A stretch of DNA of 47,899 nt from an uncultured archaeon (GCA_938045545.1 CALIBN010000042.1:1-47899), one strand, 5' to 3'; counted from the stretch's first letter, positions 9,743 through 19,422 are shown. Numbers and translations are program-made. Notes: generated by a model not told the origin, from the sequence alone.

Positions 9743-9847
9743 TGGCGAGGGCCGGATTTGAACCGACGACACCCCGGTCTTCAGCCGGGCGCTCTCCCAG
9801 GCTGCTCCGAGATATATTTAAATTTTTCTCGACTGAGCTACCTCGCC
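9743..9847 (-). tRNA. tRNA-Phe(GAA) with 31-nt intron at position 15/16 (9802-9832)
   Basis: GGCGAGG/CCTCGCC acceptor and CCCGG-CTGAAGA-CCGGG anticodon arm. BHB GCTC-AGT...GAGC-AGC with intron helix CGAGA/TCTCG. Confidence 0.93.
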
Positions 9848-10384
9848 TAGTTTGTTTTATTGTTTAGGCTTCTATTTTAATTTTGCTCTTTCATGGCGTT
9901 AGTAATGCTTTTTATTGTTTTCTCTTTTTTTAGGCTTGTTTTAACGCGTTTTTCGCCATTTTTAGAGTCATAGTATTTCCTGCCTTCTAAAAAGGGGGGC
10001 AAATTAATATTGGTTGTATTGTTGTGGTGAATGGCCTGAACTCGAACGGTTTGTAAATTCCATTGACTAAATTTAAGTCAAATTTTCTAAGCACATGCGG
10101 GAGATAGTTGGTGTCGCCCGAGGATTTTCTAACATGCTTTTTAACGTTAGCTAATTATTCATTACCATCTTTAACTCGCCCCATCTCAACGCAAGTTGAT
10201 GCAGACGCTTCTTGGCTACACGGCTTGCTGGTTTAAGTTCTACTCGCCCTGAGAGAAGCGGGCTTGATGCTTCCATAAACATGCTTTCTTTTTAAATGAA
10301 AATCAAATCTTCCATATGCAACTATTTTATATGTATTAAAAAATAAATACTGTTCATGCACAGATTTTCTAGGAGATAAGGGGC

Positions 10385-11170
10385 GTGAAACCTTCAGTGG
10401 GTGCTCGTTTAAAGATTATTGGGATAGTAATGGTTCTTCTGCTGCTTGCCTCCATACTTATTATCGCCTCCCCACGGGGCAAGGGGAACCATCAAGTTAA
10501 GTACGAATGTAAAAGCTGCGGAACAAGCGGCAACAATCCCCAGACACCCCAGTCTGAGCCGGTGATTGAGAAGCTCGAAGGCCAAAAGAAGGATAATGCG
10601 GTATCTAGAGCACTTGACTCAGAGACTTCAAATTGATAGCCTCTTTTTTAGCTGGGGAAGGGCTTCAATACACATTAGAAGATGCTGTAGCCTTGAAGTT
10701 CGCAAAGATGATAGATAAGAGGCCATGGGAGTATATGGTAGTGGGCATTAATTTTACTGGCGACGTAGAGGCTAGACGGGTAACAGCAGTAATAGTTCTA
10801 GAACCCTACAGAGAAGCCCGTGTATACAGATTTGATATAAAGAGAAATTTAGTAGAATTGCTAGTTAAAGCAGTACGTGGACAAATAGTAGGCGGTAAGC
10901 TTGCACCGCTAAACTGTAGACCTCAAGTAATAAGTGATGGGTTGCTCACTCAATCCGGATGCCCTACTTGCACCTTTGAATGCGTTGAGTGTATTGAGAT
11001 GGATTTCATATGCCTAATTGATCATTGTGGGCAATTGTTTTGGGTGGCCACCTTGTTGCACCCTCTGGTTCTGGGCTTGCTGTAAGCGACAACAGTTTGC
11101 ATGCTGTTCATGTGACCCGGCAAGTTGCTTTGTGGCGGCGTGTATGGAGTGCCCGGTGTGCTTTGGTTAA
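10385..11170 (+). pseudogene. Secreted precursor (~261 aa reconstructed) with 18-Cys C-terminal peptide, broken by two frameshifts
   Basis: The signal-peptide ORF 10385-10636, ORF 10633-11085 and an untracked Cys-rich frame 11030-11170 join with one indel near 10620 and one near 11029. Confidence 0.75.
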
Positions 11171-11213
11171 GAAGGGGGCTGGGTTAAAAGAGGTATAGCG
11201 AGGCGAATTACAA

Positions 11214-11639
11214 ATGTTAAGGGAAATAGAGGGTATAAGAGAATGGATGCGGAAGCCGTTTTCTTTTCAGCCCCTCTGGCCTCTGGCGCTCGCTGTAATC
11301 ATACTGGTCGTTCTGATTGAAGCATCCAGCTATCTCTATGGATTAAGACTTGGAGACTGGAAGTTCAGCGCATCCATCTTGCTGTTCACGATAGCCCTTT
11401 GCATCGGCGCCTTCATTGAACGATTCGGCGTCAAGAACAGGGGTCTAACACTCCTCTCATTCTCTCTCCTGTTCGCTTCAAACGTATTCTTCCTACTCGG
11501 ATTAATATCCCTTCTTCTAATGAAATCGCAAGTGGAGCTCATGATATTCTTGCCCTTCGAAACCGCATCGATAGCTCTGTTGCTGGTGTATTCTCTCAAG
11601 ACGGCTTACAACATCTTGAGAATGGGGAGGAAAGCTTAG
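11214..11639 (+). CDS. Small integral membrane protein (~4 TM), candidate immunity protein
   Basis: Four hydrophobic segments; starts 43 bp after the Cys-rich tail on the same strand. Function is inferred from position only. Confidence 0.7.
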   Translation: MLREIEGIREWMRKPFSFQPLWPLALAVIILVVLIEASSYLYGLRLGDWKFSASILLFTIALCIGAFIERFGVKNRGLTLLSFSLLFASNVFFLLGLISLLLMKSQVELMIFLPFETASIALLLVYSLKTAYNILRMGRKA

Positions 11640-11877
11640 GCTTAGGGTGAACCATAAAGGTTTAGAACTAGACTATGAAAACAGTTGAAATTTTAGTGTG
11701 CTTAAGCTGGAAACTAAAAGGTTCTTTTTTTAACTGGGGTTCGCCCAGCGTGCCCCTATTTCTTAACGGTTTCTATTCAGGTTGATGAACAATGAAGCGT
11801 ACATACTGTTTTTAGTTAGGCGGTCCTAGTAGGAAGACATAAATCATGCCTGTATTCCCTTTTTCGGAGATTTAAAG

Positions 11878-14619
11878 ATGAAACACGATTTCGGCGAGGA
11901 CGAGTATCGCCTAGAGTTCCTGAGTGAAGGCAGGTTCACTAGGAGGAGATGTGCTAAGTGCGGCAGGTTCTTCTGGACTCTTGACTCGTCTAAGGAGGAC
12001 TGTGGAGAGTCTCCCTGTTCATCCTATACTTTCATAGGCAGAAGGGTGGGCAGAAACATAGATGATTTAAGCCAGGTTAGGAGCGCTTTTCTGGGCTTCT
12101 TCCAGAATAGGGGTCACGAGGTTATTTCACCGTATCCTGTTGTGTGCAGGTGGAGGGATGATCTTTACCTTACTGACGCGAGCATAGTTGATTTCCAGCC
12201 TTATGTTACAGATGGTATTATTCCTCCACCAGCTAATCCCTTGGTGATTTCCCAGCCCTGTATTCGTCTGGTTGACATCGACCTGGTCGGCAAGACTCTT
12301 GGGAGACACCTCACCATTTTCGAGATGGGCGGCCATCATGCTTTCAACAGCGAGGAAAAAGAGGTCTACTGGAAGGAGGATACTGTGAGATACGGCTTCG
12401 AATTCTTCACCAGGGAAATGGGGGTTAAGGGTGAGGATCTTACTTTCGTCGAAAGTGCTTGGAGCGGGGGTGGAAACGCGGGGCCCTGCTTCGAGGTCAT
12501 TTCACACGGCCTTGAGATTGCTACTTTAGTCTTCATGAAGTATAAGGTTAACCCGGACGGTTCTCTGAGGGAGCTGCCTATTAGAACGGTTGACACAGGA
12601 TACGGGATGGAGAGGATAAACTGGCTTTTAAGCGGGGCTCCAACCGGCTTTCATGCTTTCTACGGTAGTCTTCTCCACGAGATTTCTAAACTGGTTGACA
12701 TCGATGTTCCCCAGGAGCTTCTTAAAGAGTATGGGGTAAGAGTTTCCCTTTCTGAAGGCAGGTTTCTAAGCCCGGCTGAGAGGATTGGGCTCGTCAGGGG
12801 CCTCGGCTTTCCGGATTCCTTCTCAGCTAAGCTTGAAGCAATGGAGAATGTTTTCAAGGCTCTGGATCATGTTAAGAGCTTAGTGTTCATTCTCTCAGAG
12901 GGTGTTGTACCCTCTAACACCGGCGTGGGCTATTTGGCTAGGTTGCTCTTAAGGAAGACAGCCAGGGTTCTGGATAGGCTTGGCGTTAATTCTCTCCTGC
13001 TCGACATGGTTTCATGGGAGGTTGACTACTGGGGTAGGGATTTCCCGAGCCTCTGTGAGCTTAAAGACAGTATTCTGAGACTTGTCGAAATAGAGCTTAA
13101 GAAATACAGGAGGAGTATTGAAGAGGGGGTTAGACGCGTGGAGTCTCTTGTTAAAGAATCCAAGTCATTAGGTGTTGAGAAGCTTGTCGAACTTTACGAT
13201 TCCCACGGTGTTACGCCTGAACAGGTTGCAGAAGTTTTTTCAAAGAAGGGTGTTGAAGTAAGGATTCCGGAGGACTTCTATAGCATGATAGCCTCCAGAC
13301 ATAAACAGCCTAAGGGTCTTGGGGAAGAGGAAGTGGTCACACTAGATTTCGACGAGAAGGCTTTCCCCGAGACTGTTAAATCCTTCTATGAGAATCCTGA
13401 TTTGCTGGAGCTAGAAGCTAAGGTGCTAGGAGTCTTCAGCGATAAGGTTGTTCTCGACCGGACAATCTTCTACCCGGAGGGCGGCGGCCAGCCTGCTGAC
13501 AAAGGTAGGCTCATCTTCAACGGGAAAGAGGCCATGGTGAAGGACGTTAAAAACTTGAATAACCGGATGATCCATTTCATCGAAGGCCCTGTCCCTAGTG
13601 TGGGCAGCACTGTTAAAATGGTTGTTGACTCTGAAAGGCGTCTCCAGCTTAGAAGAGCCCACACTGCGACGCACATTATAAACGCTGCTGCCAGAATGGT
13701 CTTGGGAAACCATGTTTGGCAAGCGGGTGCCCAGAAAGACACGGTTGAATCCAGGCTTGACATTACTCATCCCCTTCCGCTCGCCAATGATGAGATTGAG
13801 AAGATAGAGCGTAAAGCTAATGAAATAGTCATGTTGAACATCGATGTTAAAATACAGGTTCTACCCAGAACTGTAGCCGAGAGGGAGTACGGTTTCAGAA
13901 TATACCAAGGTGGTGCTGTCCCTGGTAAAGAGCTTAGGATCGTCAAGATAGATGGTTTTGACGCTGAAGCCTGTGGAGGGCTTCACGTTAACAAGACTGG
14001 GGACGTTGGGCTCGTGAAGATAGTTAGGGTTGAGAGGATCCAAGACGGTGTTGAAAGAATAGTTTTTCGAGTAGGCTTCTCCTTCTTGGATTACGTGAGG
14101 TCGCTTGAAAACAAGATGTCTAGCTTGGAGAACATTCTAGGTGTTCCAAGGGACAAGATAGTTCAGGAGGCTGAAAGAGTCAGGAGTGAGTTGAAAAACC
14201 TGAGTAAGAAAGTTGAGAAAATATTAGAGAACCAGTTTGACATGCTGGCAGACCGGCTGCTTTCCAAGGCCGTTGAAGAGTCTGGTGTTAGGATCGTGCT
14301 CTATAGTTCCGAAGAACTAGAAATAAGCCATCTCATAAGCCTCGGCGAGAAAATCTCCAGGAAGGAGCCGAGCTCCGTAACAGTGGTAATGTCCCCCGTC
14401 CCAACTGTGCAGTTCGCCGTGTTCGCCGGCGAGAAGGCTCTTGAAAAGGGTGTCGACTGCTCTCTGCTAGCGCGCCGTATTCTTGGCGAAATCGGAGTTG
14501 GCGGAGGAGCCGGAGGCAGGAGAAACTTCGCGAAAGGAGGTTTAGCGGCCAAGATTGACATTAAAACTTTTGAGTCAAAGGCTTTAAAAGCCGTAAGCAG
14601 CATCCTTGCAAAGAGTTAG
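11878..14619 (+). CDS. alaS: Alanine--tRNA ligase (archaeal type)
   Basis: N-terminal CxxC-FWT, QPCIR, HLTIFEM, DTGYGMER, editing HTATH...CGGLH, DHHA1 GGG. Confidence 0.97.
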   Translation: MKHDFGEDEYRLEFLSEGRFTRRRCAKCGRFFWTLDSSKEDCGESPCSSYTFIGRRVGRNIDDLSQVRSAFLGFFQNRGHEVISPYPVVCRWRDDLYLTDASIVDFQPYVTDGIIPPPANPLVISQPCIRLVDIDLVGKTLGRHLTIFEMGGHHAFNSEEKEVYWKEDTVRYGFEFFTREMGVKGEDLTFVESAWSGGGNAGPCFEVISHGLEIATLVFMKYKVNPDGSLRELPIRTVDTGYGMERINWLLSGAPTGFHAFYGSLLHEISKLVDIDVPQELLKEYGVRVSLSEGRFLSPAERIGLVRGLGFPDSFSAKLEAMENVFKALDHVKSLVFILSEGVVPSNTGVGYLARLLLRKTARVLDRLGVNSLLLDMVSWEVDYWGRDFPSLCELKDSILRLVEIELKKYRRSIEEGVRRVESLVKESKSLGVEKLVELYDSHGVTPEQVAEVFSKKGVEVRIPEDFYSMIASRHKQPKGLGEEEVVTLDFDEKAFPETVKSFYENPDLLELEAKVLGVFSDKVVLDRTIFYPEGGGQPADKGRLIFNGKEAMVKDVKNLNNRMIHFIEGPVPSVGSTVKMVVDSERRLQLRRAHTATHIINAAARMVLGNHVWQAGAQKDTVESRLDITHPLPLANDEIEKIERKANEIVMLNIDVKIQVLPRTVAEREYGFRIYQGGAVPGKELRIVKIDGFDAEACGGLHVNKTGDVGLVKIVRVERIQDGVERIVFRVGFSFLDYVRSLENKMSSLENILGVPRDKIVQEAERVRSELKNLSKKVEKILENQFDMLADRLLSKAVEESGVRIVLYSSEELEISHLISLGEKISRKEPSSVTVVMSPVPTVQFAVFAGEKALEKGVDCSLLARRILGEIGVGGGAGGRRNFAKGGLAAKIDIKTFESKALKAVSSILAKS

Positions 14620-14670
14620 AAGCGTTGAGCGCACCTCTTCTAACAATGGTTTGAAGAGACGACAAGTTTA

Positions 14671-15134
14671 GTGAGAATGCAAATCACACGTGGTCCCCTG
14701 AGGTGCGGAAGTCATGCCGCAAATGCGATTACCTTAGGCTCAGGTTATGCGCCGGGTGTCGCATTCCAAAGAGGGGCCTCTGCTTGATTTACCAATGCAT
14801 CGTGAGAAAGATGAGGATCATGGGGGTGACACTTAAATGCAGCGCTTGCCCGCTCGCCCAGGCCTAAGTCCGGCAGGTTCACTCCTCCAGAGGTTGATGC
14901 ATACTTCAAGCTGAGCCTGATGCTGAGCTCATGGAACCGAAGGATTTCTGATATTACGCTTCCTCGCTTAATCCCCGAGATACTGCTAGAGGACCCCGTG
15001 AAGCCGGGAGGGATTTAGGGATGGATGAAGTCATAGTATCGATCTCTAAGCTCGACAGCGAGAACGTGAAGAGGGTTGAAGAGAATGGCGTACACAACTT
15101 CCTCGAATGCCGTGCGCGCGATTATGAAGCCTAG
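14671..15134 (+). pseudogene. Decayed 5' part of a paralog of the Cys-rich/TGT-like gene at 46803-47899
   Basis: Across frameshifts and stops it reads CG-SCRKCDYLRLRLCAGCRIPKRGLCLIYQC...LPRLIPEI...EVIVSISKL...VKRVEENGVHNFL. This is colinear with CGFDGCKDCYYFFLRLCRGCSFKMCLVAQC...FKSFVPEI...EIFVPLWQL...NKASSKGLHDYL. Confidence 0.72.
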
Positions 15135-15305
15135 GTTTTTAAGCGTAACTACCATTATTCACAAGTAATGTTGAGACGTTGATGAAGAAGTGCACGTGCA
15201 CTCGAAAAAGCATATTTATTAGTAACCAGTGGCAAGTTAAGATTCTTGTCCGAGGGCCCTCCATAAATCTTTAAGTATCTTCCAGAGACTCATGAAGTAA
15301 AAACC

Positions 15306-18197
15306 TTGGAGGAAACTGAGTATTCTTGCTCAGAGATCGAGAAGAAGTGGCAGAGAAAGTATGAAGAGGAGAAGATTTTCGAGGCTGAGCCAGACCCCTC
15401 TAAGCCAAAGTTCTTCGTAACCTTCCCTTTCCCCTATATGAGTGGACCCGTCCATCTCGGAACCGCGTACACTTTAACCCGCTTGGATGTTGTGGCAAGG
15501 TATAAGCGTAAAAGAGGCTTCAACGTTCTGTTTCCGTTTGCGTTCCACTGGACTGGGACGACGATCGCTGGTATATCTGACAGAATAAGGAGAGGAGACT
15601 CGGAGACGATTAGGATACTTGAGAAGATGGACGGTGTTCCAAGGGAAGAGATAGAGCATTTTAAAGATCCTGTCTACCTCGCCAAATACTATACTGAGAA
15701 GAATCGCGCCGTCCTCAAGGATTACGGTCTGGCGGTAGACTGGCGTAGAGAGTTCCATACTTCCAGTTTGAACCCTGGTTTCAGCACTTTTGTCCAATGG
15801 CAATACTTGAAACTGAAGGAGAAGGGTTATATTACGAAGGGAGTGCACCCGGTCGTATGGTGCCCGAGATGCAAGAGTTCCACCGGGGATCATGACAGGC
15901 TTAGTGGAGAAGGAGTTTTTCCAGAGAAATTCTATCTCGTCAAATTCAGACTTGGAGACTCTCATCTTGTTGCCGCTACCTTCCGGCCGGAGACGATCTT
16001 TGGGGTCACGAATGTCTGGGTCAACCCGGATGCTATTTACACGGAGGCGATGGTCGACGGTGAAAAATGGATTGTAAGCGTTGAGACGCTTGATAAGCTT
16101 GTCGATCAGATGAGAACGGTTCACAAGATGCGTGAATTCAAGGGTAGGGAGCTCGTAGGCAAGATGGTTGAGGCTGTTTTCACGAGCCGCCAAGTTCTAG
16201 TCTTACCGGCTTCATTCGTAGATCCTTCTCTCGGAACAGGCGTCGTCTACAGTGTTCCGGCGCATGCGCCATATGACTACATGGCGCTTGAAGACTTGAA
16301 GAGAAACGAGGCTGTTCTAAAGGAGTATCGTCTCGACCCAGCTGAAATCCGTTCTATAAAACCAATATCCATGATAACAACTGAGAAGTATGGTTCAAAT
16401 CCCTCTGAGAAACTTGTTGCAGAACTTGAGATAAAAAACCAGGCTGACCCAAAGCTGGAGGAGGCTACAAGCCTAGTCTACAAGGAGGAGTTTCACAAAG
16501 GTGTGACGCTTAGCAACTGCGGCAGGTTTTCAGGCCTACCTGTCCAGAAGGCTAAAGAGCTTGTAATAGAGGAGATGAAGAAAACCAGTGCGGGAGACGA
16601 GTTTCTAGAGCTACCGTCACCGGTGGTCTGCAGATGTGGCACGAGGTGTCACGTTAAAATCTTGGGGGACCAGTATCTCTTAAGATACTCTTGGCCAGAA
16701 TGGAAGGCTAAAGCCCTGAAAGCGTTGGAAAGAATGAGCATATACCCCAAGGAGGTTAGGGAGAACTTTATTTATTTCATAAACTGGTATGATGATTGGG
16801 CTTTCACAAGGACCTCCGGACTCGGGACACCTGTTCCATGGCTTCCAAACCATATCGTTGAGACATTGAGCGACTCCACCGTGTACATGGCATACTACAT
16901 TATTTCAAAATACGTTAACAACGGGATGTTGAAAACTGAAAACCTTACTGAAGAGTTCTACGACTACGTGTTGCTCGGCATAGGCGTGCCGGAAGAGGTT
17001 GAGAGTAAGACAGGCGTACCAGCGGTTTTTCTAAAGAGGCTTAGATATGAGTTTGACTACTGGTATCCAGTTGACCTTAGGAACTCAGGCAAGGATCTTG
17101 TCGCAAACCATTTAACGTTCTACATCTTCCATCATGTTGCCATCTTTCCGGAGGAGAAATGGCCTAGACAAATATCGGTGAACGGCTTCCTAAGGATAGA
17201 GGGACAGCCTATGCATAAGTCTAAAGGAATCTTCATCTCTCTAAGGGAAGCTGTTGAAAAATATGGTTCGGATGCGACAAGAATAACTCTGCTTCTCTCT
17301 GCAGAGGGCTTGGAGGATCCCAATTGGGAGGGCGAGAAGGCTAGGAAAAACATTGAGCTGTTGAGAAGCATCTACGGGTTCATTCTCTCACTCTTGGAAG
17401 AGAAAGGATCGGCATGTAACGGGCACATGGAGGACTGGTTGAGAAACTCAGTCAGGAAACGTGTTGAAAACGTTACAGACGCCCTTGAAAACATGCAGAT
17501 AAGGGCTGCCACGAGCGAAGCCCTATACGGTTTAAGAAACGACTTGAGATGGTACTTGAGGAGGGTTAAGACGCCTGATTCCCAGGCTGTGAAGGAAGCG
17601 GTTGAAACATGGCTTAACCTGCTCTACCCGTTTACACCGCATCTCGCCGAAGAATTGTGGAGCAAGCTGGGTAAGAAGAACCTGCTCGCCAACCACCCGT
17701 GGCCTACAGTCGTCAAGACGGATGAGAAACCCCTGCTCTTAGAGAAATACTTGGAGCAGCTTGTTGAAGACACGTATCAAATACTGAAGGCTATGAAAAG
17801 GGCTTCGCTGACTAGGCTGAGGCTCATAACCGCGGCCCGATGGAAGAATAACGCGTTCAGAGAAATAGTTGAGACGGCTGAGACTAATCCTGAGAAAATA
17901 AGGGGAATCTTGGCTCGACACGCTGCCGGCGTCGGCAAGGAGGAGCTCGGAAGATTCATGGGGCAGGTGATGAAGAATCTGCCGGCGATGACGGAGGAAC
18001 ACAGGGAGACTCTGAAACACGTTTTGGATAAAGGCGAGCAGAACATACTGAAAGAGGCGCAGCCCTTCTTCGAGAAGGAGTTCAAATGCATTGTCGAAAC
18101 ACTCGACGAGGACGCCGCTCCAATGGAAGAGATAAAAGTGCTTCTTGCAAAGAAATTCTCAATACAGCCTGGAAGACCAGCAATAATAATAGAGTAA
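15306..18197 (+). CDS. leuS: Leucine--tRNA ligase (archaeal/eukaryal type)
   Basis: FPFPYMSGPVHLG (HIGH), ATFRPET, GTGVVYSVPAHAP (CP1), GKDL and PMHKS (KMSKS-like). Confidence 0.97.
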   Translation: MEETEYSCSEIEKKWQRKYEEEKIFEAEPDPSKPKFFVTFPFPYMSGPVHLGTAYTLTRLDVVARYKRKRGFNVLFPFAFHWTGTTIAGISDRIRRGDSETIRILEKMDGVPREEIEHFKDPVYLAKYYTEKNRAVLKDYGLAVDWRREFHTSSLNPGFSTFVQWQYLKLKEKGYITKGVHPVVWCPRCKSSTGDHDRLSGEGVFPEKFYLVKFRLGDSHLVAATFRPETIFGVTNVWVNPDAIYTEAMVDGEKWIVSVETLDKLVDQMRTVHKMREFKGRELVGKMVEAVFTSRQVLVLPASFVDPSLGTGVVYSVPAHAPYDYMALEDLKRNEAVLKEYRLDPAEIRSIKPISMITTEKYGSNPSEKLVAELEIKNQADPKLEEATSLVYKEEFHKGVTLSNCGRFSGLPVQKAKELVIEEMKKTSAGDEFLELPSPVVCRCGTRCHVKILGDQYLLRYSWPEWKAKALKALERMSIYPKEVRENFIYFINWYDDWAFTRTSGLGTPVPWLPNHIVETLSDSTVYMAYYIISKYVNNGMLKTENLTEEFYDYVLLGIGVPEEVESKTGVPAVFLKRLRYEFDYWYPVDLRNSGKDLVANHLTFYIFHHVAIFPEEKWPRQISVNGFLRIEGQPMHKSKGIFISLREAVEKYGSDATRITLLLSAEGLEDPNWEGEKARKNIELLRSIYGFILSLLEEKGSACNGHMEDWLRNSVRKRVENVTDALENMQIRAATSEALYGLRNDLRWYLRRVKTPDSQAVKEAVETWLNLLYPFTPHLAEELWSKLGKKNLLANHPWPTVVKTDEKPLLLEKYLEQLVEDTYQILKAMKRASLTRLRLITAARWKNNAFREIVETAETNPEKIRGILARHAAGVGKEELGRFMGQVMKNLPAMTEEHRETLKHVLDKGEQNILKEAQPFFEKEFKCIVETLDEDAAPMEEIKVLLAKKFSIQPGRPAIIIE

Positions 18198-18249
18198 CCA
18201 CCTAACATAATTAATAACATTTTTAACCCTCCTCCACGCAAAGACAACC

Positions 18250-18391
18250 GGGCCCGTCGCCTAACCTGGACAGCATCGCCTAGAAATGGCGGCAGACTAA
18301 AAAGCCGAGCCCTCTATCATGGCGGGAAAGACTGTTGACGCGCGCGTGGGGGCAAGCTGTAATGATCTGGGTTCAAATCCCAGCGGGCCCG
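18250..18391 (+). tRNA. tRNA-Arg(TCT) with three introns (18272-18285 D-loop; 18296-18309 at 30/31; 18317-18354 at 37/38)
   Basis: GGGCCCG/CGGGCCC acceptor and G73. Three BHBs: CTGG-ACA/CTAG-AAA, CGGC-AGA/GCCG-AGC and CCTC-TAT/GGGG-CAA. The 76-nt mature body matches the Arg(CCT) gene outside the anticodon loop. Confidence 0.85.
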
Positions 18392-18666
18392 GCTTCCCCT
18401 TGTTTCATGGGTTTTCTCGTTCTTTTTCAAGCAAAAAATTTCGACGATGTAAAAAAATATTTTACACATGATTCTAGCAGAGATAGAGCTTTCTAAGCAA
18501 TTATAGAACCGTTTTAAACCCTTGGGATAATATTAGGCTGGGCTTTATTACCATGTTTCAAGGTTTTTCCACTCGTTCTCTTAGCTTTGACAGGTTTTTT
18601 CTAACGTTGATAGTTAGTTTTTTAACATAAAAATGTTAAATACGAGGTTGTTAGCATACCTCGGCC

Positions 18667-19422
18667 ATGAGCAGGTCGCGGATGGAGCAGGTTAAGAAGA
18701 AGATAAACGTTATTTGCCTGCTTAAAGTGGTTAAAAGCAGGTATACTTATAACGAGCTTTCAAAGCTAACCCGCCTGCCTATCACGGTTTTAGCAAGGTA
18801 TGTTAACGGGAATGTGCTGCCCTCGGATGAGAGGGCTGATGAGCTTTACCGGATCCTCACGGAGAAAATTCCGCTTGAGGAAATTATTTCAAGTAAGCTT
18901 GTTCTAGACGAGTCTGGCTATTTCGACTCTTCACGCGTAATATGGGATGTGAACCTTCTGAGGCTCATCAGCCATAAGGCTGTGATTCCTTTTATGGGGA
19001 GAAAGATAGACAAGGTTATGACTGCTGCCGTAGACGGTATTCCATTAGCATCGTTCGTTGCTGAGGAGCTTGACGCTGACCTCGTGATAGCTAAAAGGTA
19101 TAAGGAAGTTGGGGTGAAGGATTTTCTTGAAGCAACCTACGTCATAGGCAGCTCTGCTGTCGTAAGCTCTCTGTATATTCCGAAGAACGCTTTGAAGAAG
19201 GATGACAACGTTCTAATAGTTGATGATGCGATAAGAACGGGGGAGACAGACGTTGCTTTGATAAGGCTTGTCGAGAAGGCTAAGGCTAATATAGTGGGCA
19301 TCTTCATCCTTATCGCGACCGGTAAAGATTGGAGGGAAAGGCTTCAGAAGAGGACGAACGCGCCCATATACGTTTTCACAGAGATAAATCCAAAGCCTTT
19401 AGAAGTGGAGCAGAGGAAGTAG
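18667..19422 (+). CDS. HTH-containing purine phosphoribosyltransferase-family protein (PurR/Apt-like)
   Basis: N-terminal HTH (YTYNELSKLTRLPITVLARYVNG) plus PRPP-binding loop VLIVDDAIRTGET. Confidence 0.85.
   Translation: MSRSRMEQVKKKINVICLLKVVKSRYTYNELSKLTRLPITVLARYVNGNVLPSDERADELYRILTEKIPLEEIISSKLVLDESGYFDSSRVIWDVNLLRLISHKAVIPFMGRKIDKVMTAAVDGIPLASFVAEELDADLVIAKRYKEVGVKDFLEATYVIGSSAVVSSLYIPKNALKKDDNVLIVDDAIRTGETDVALIRLVEKAKANIVGIFILIATGKDWRERLQKRTNAPIYVFTEINPKPLEVEQRK

Noticed and set aside
14620-15305. Structured RNA (RNase P, SRP or leader RNA) in the alaS-leuS gap
   Set aside because: No RNase P or SRP consensus was recognised; the gap is better explained as a pseudogene.
18311-18316. 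Amber-suppressor or pyrrolysine tRNA (CTA reading of CCTCTA)
   Set aside because: BHB geometry and the 5-bp stem place TCT at 34-36, and the body is identical to tRNA-Arg(CCT) without tRNA-Pyl features.
18317-18354. C/D-box guide RNA inside the 38-nt tRNA-Arg intron
   Set aside because: No RUGAUGA or CUGA boxes, and it is too short.
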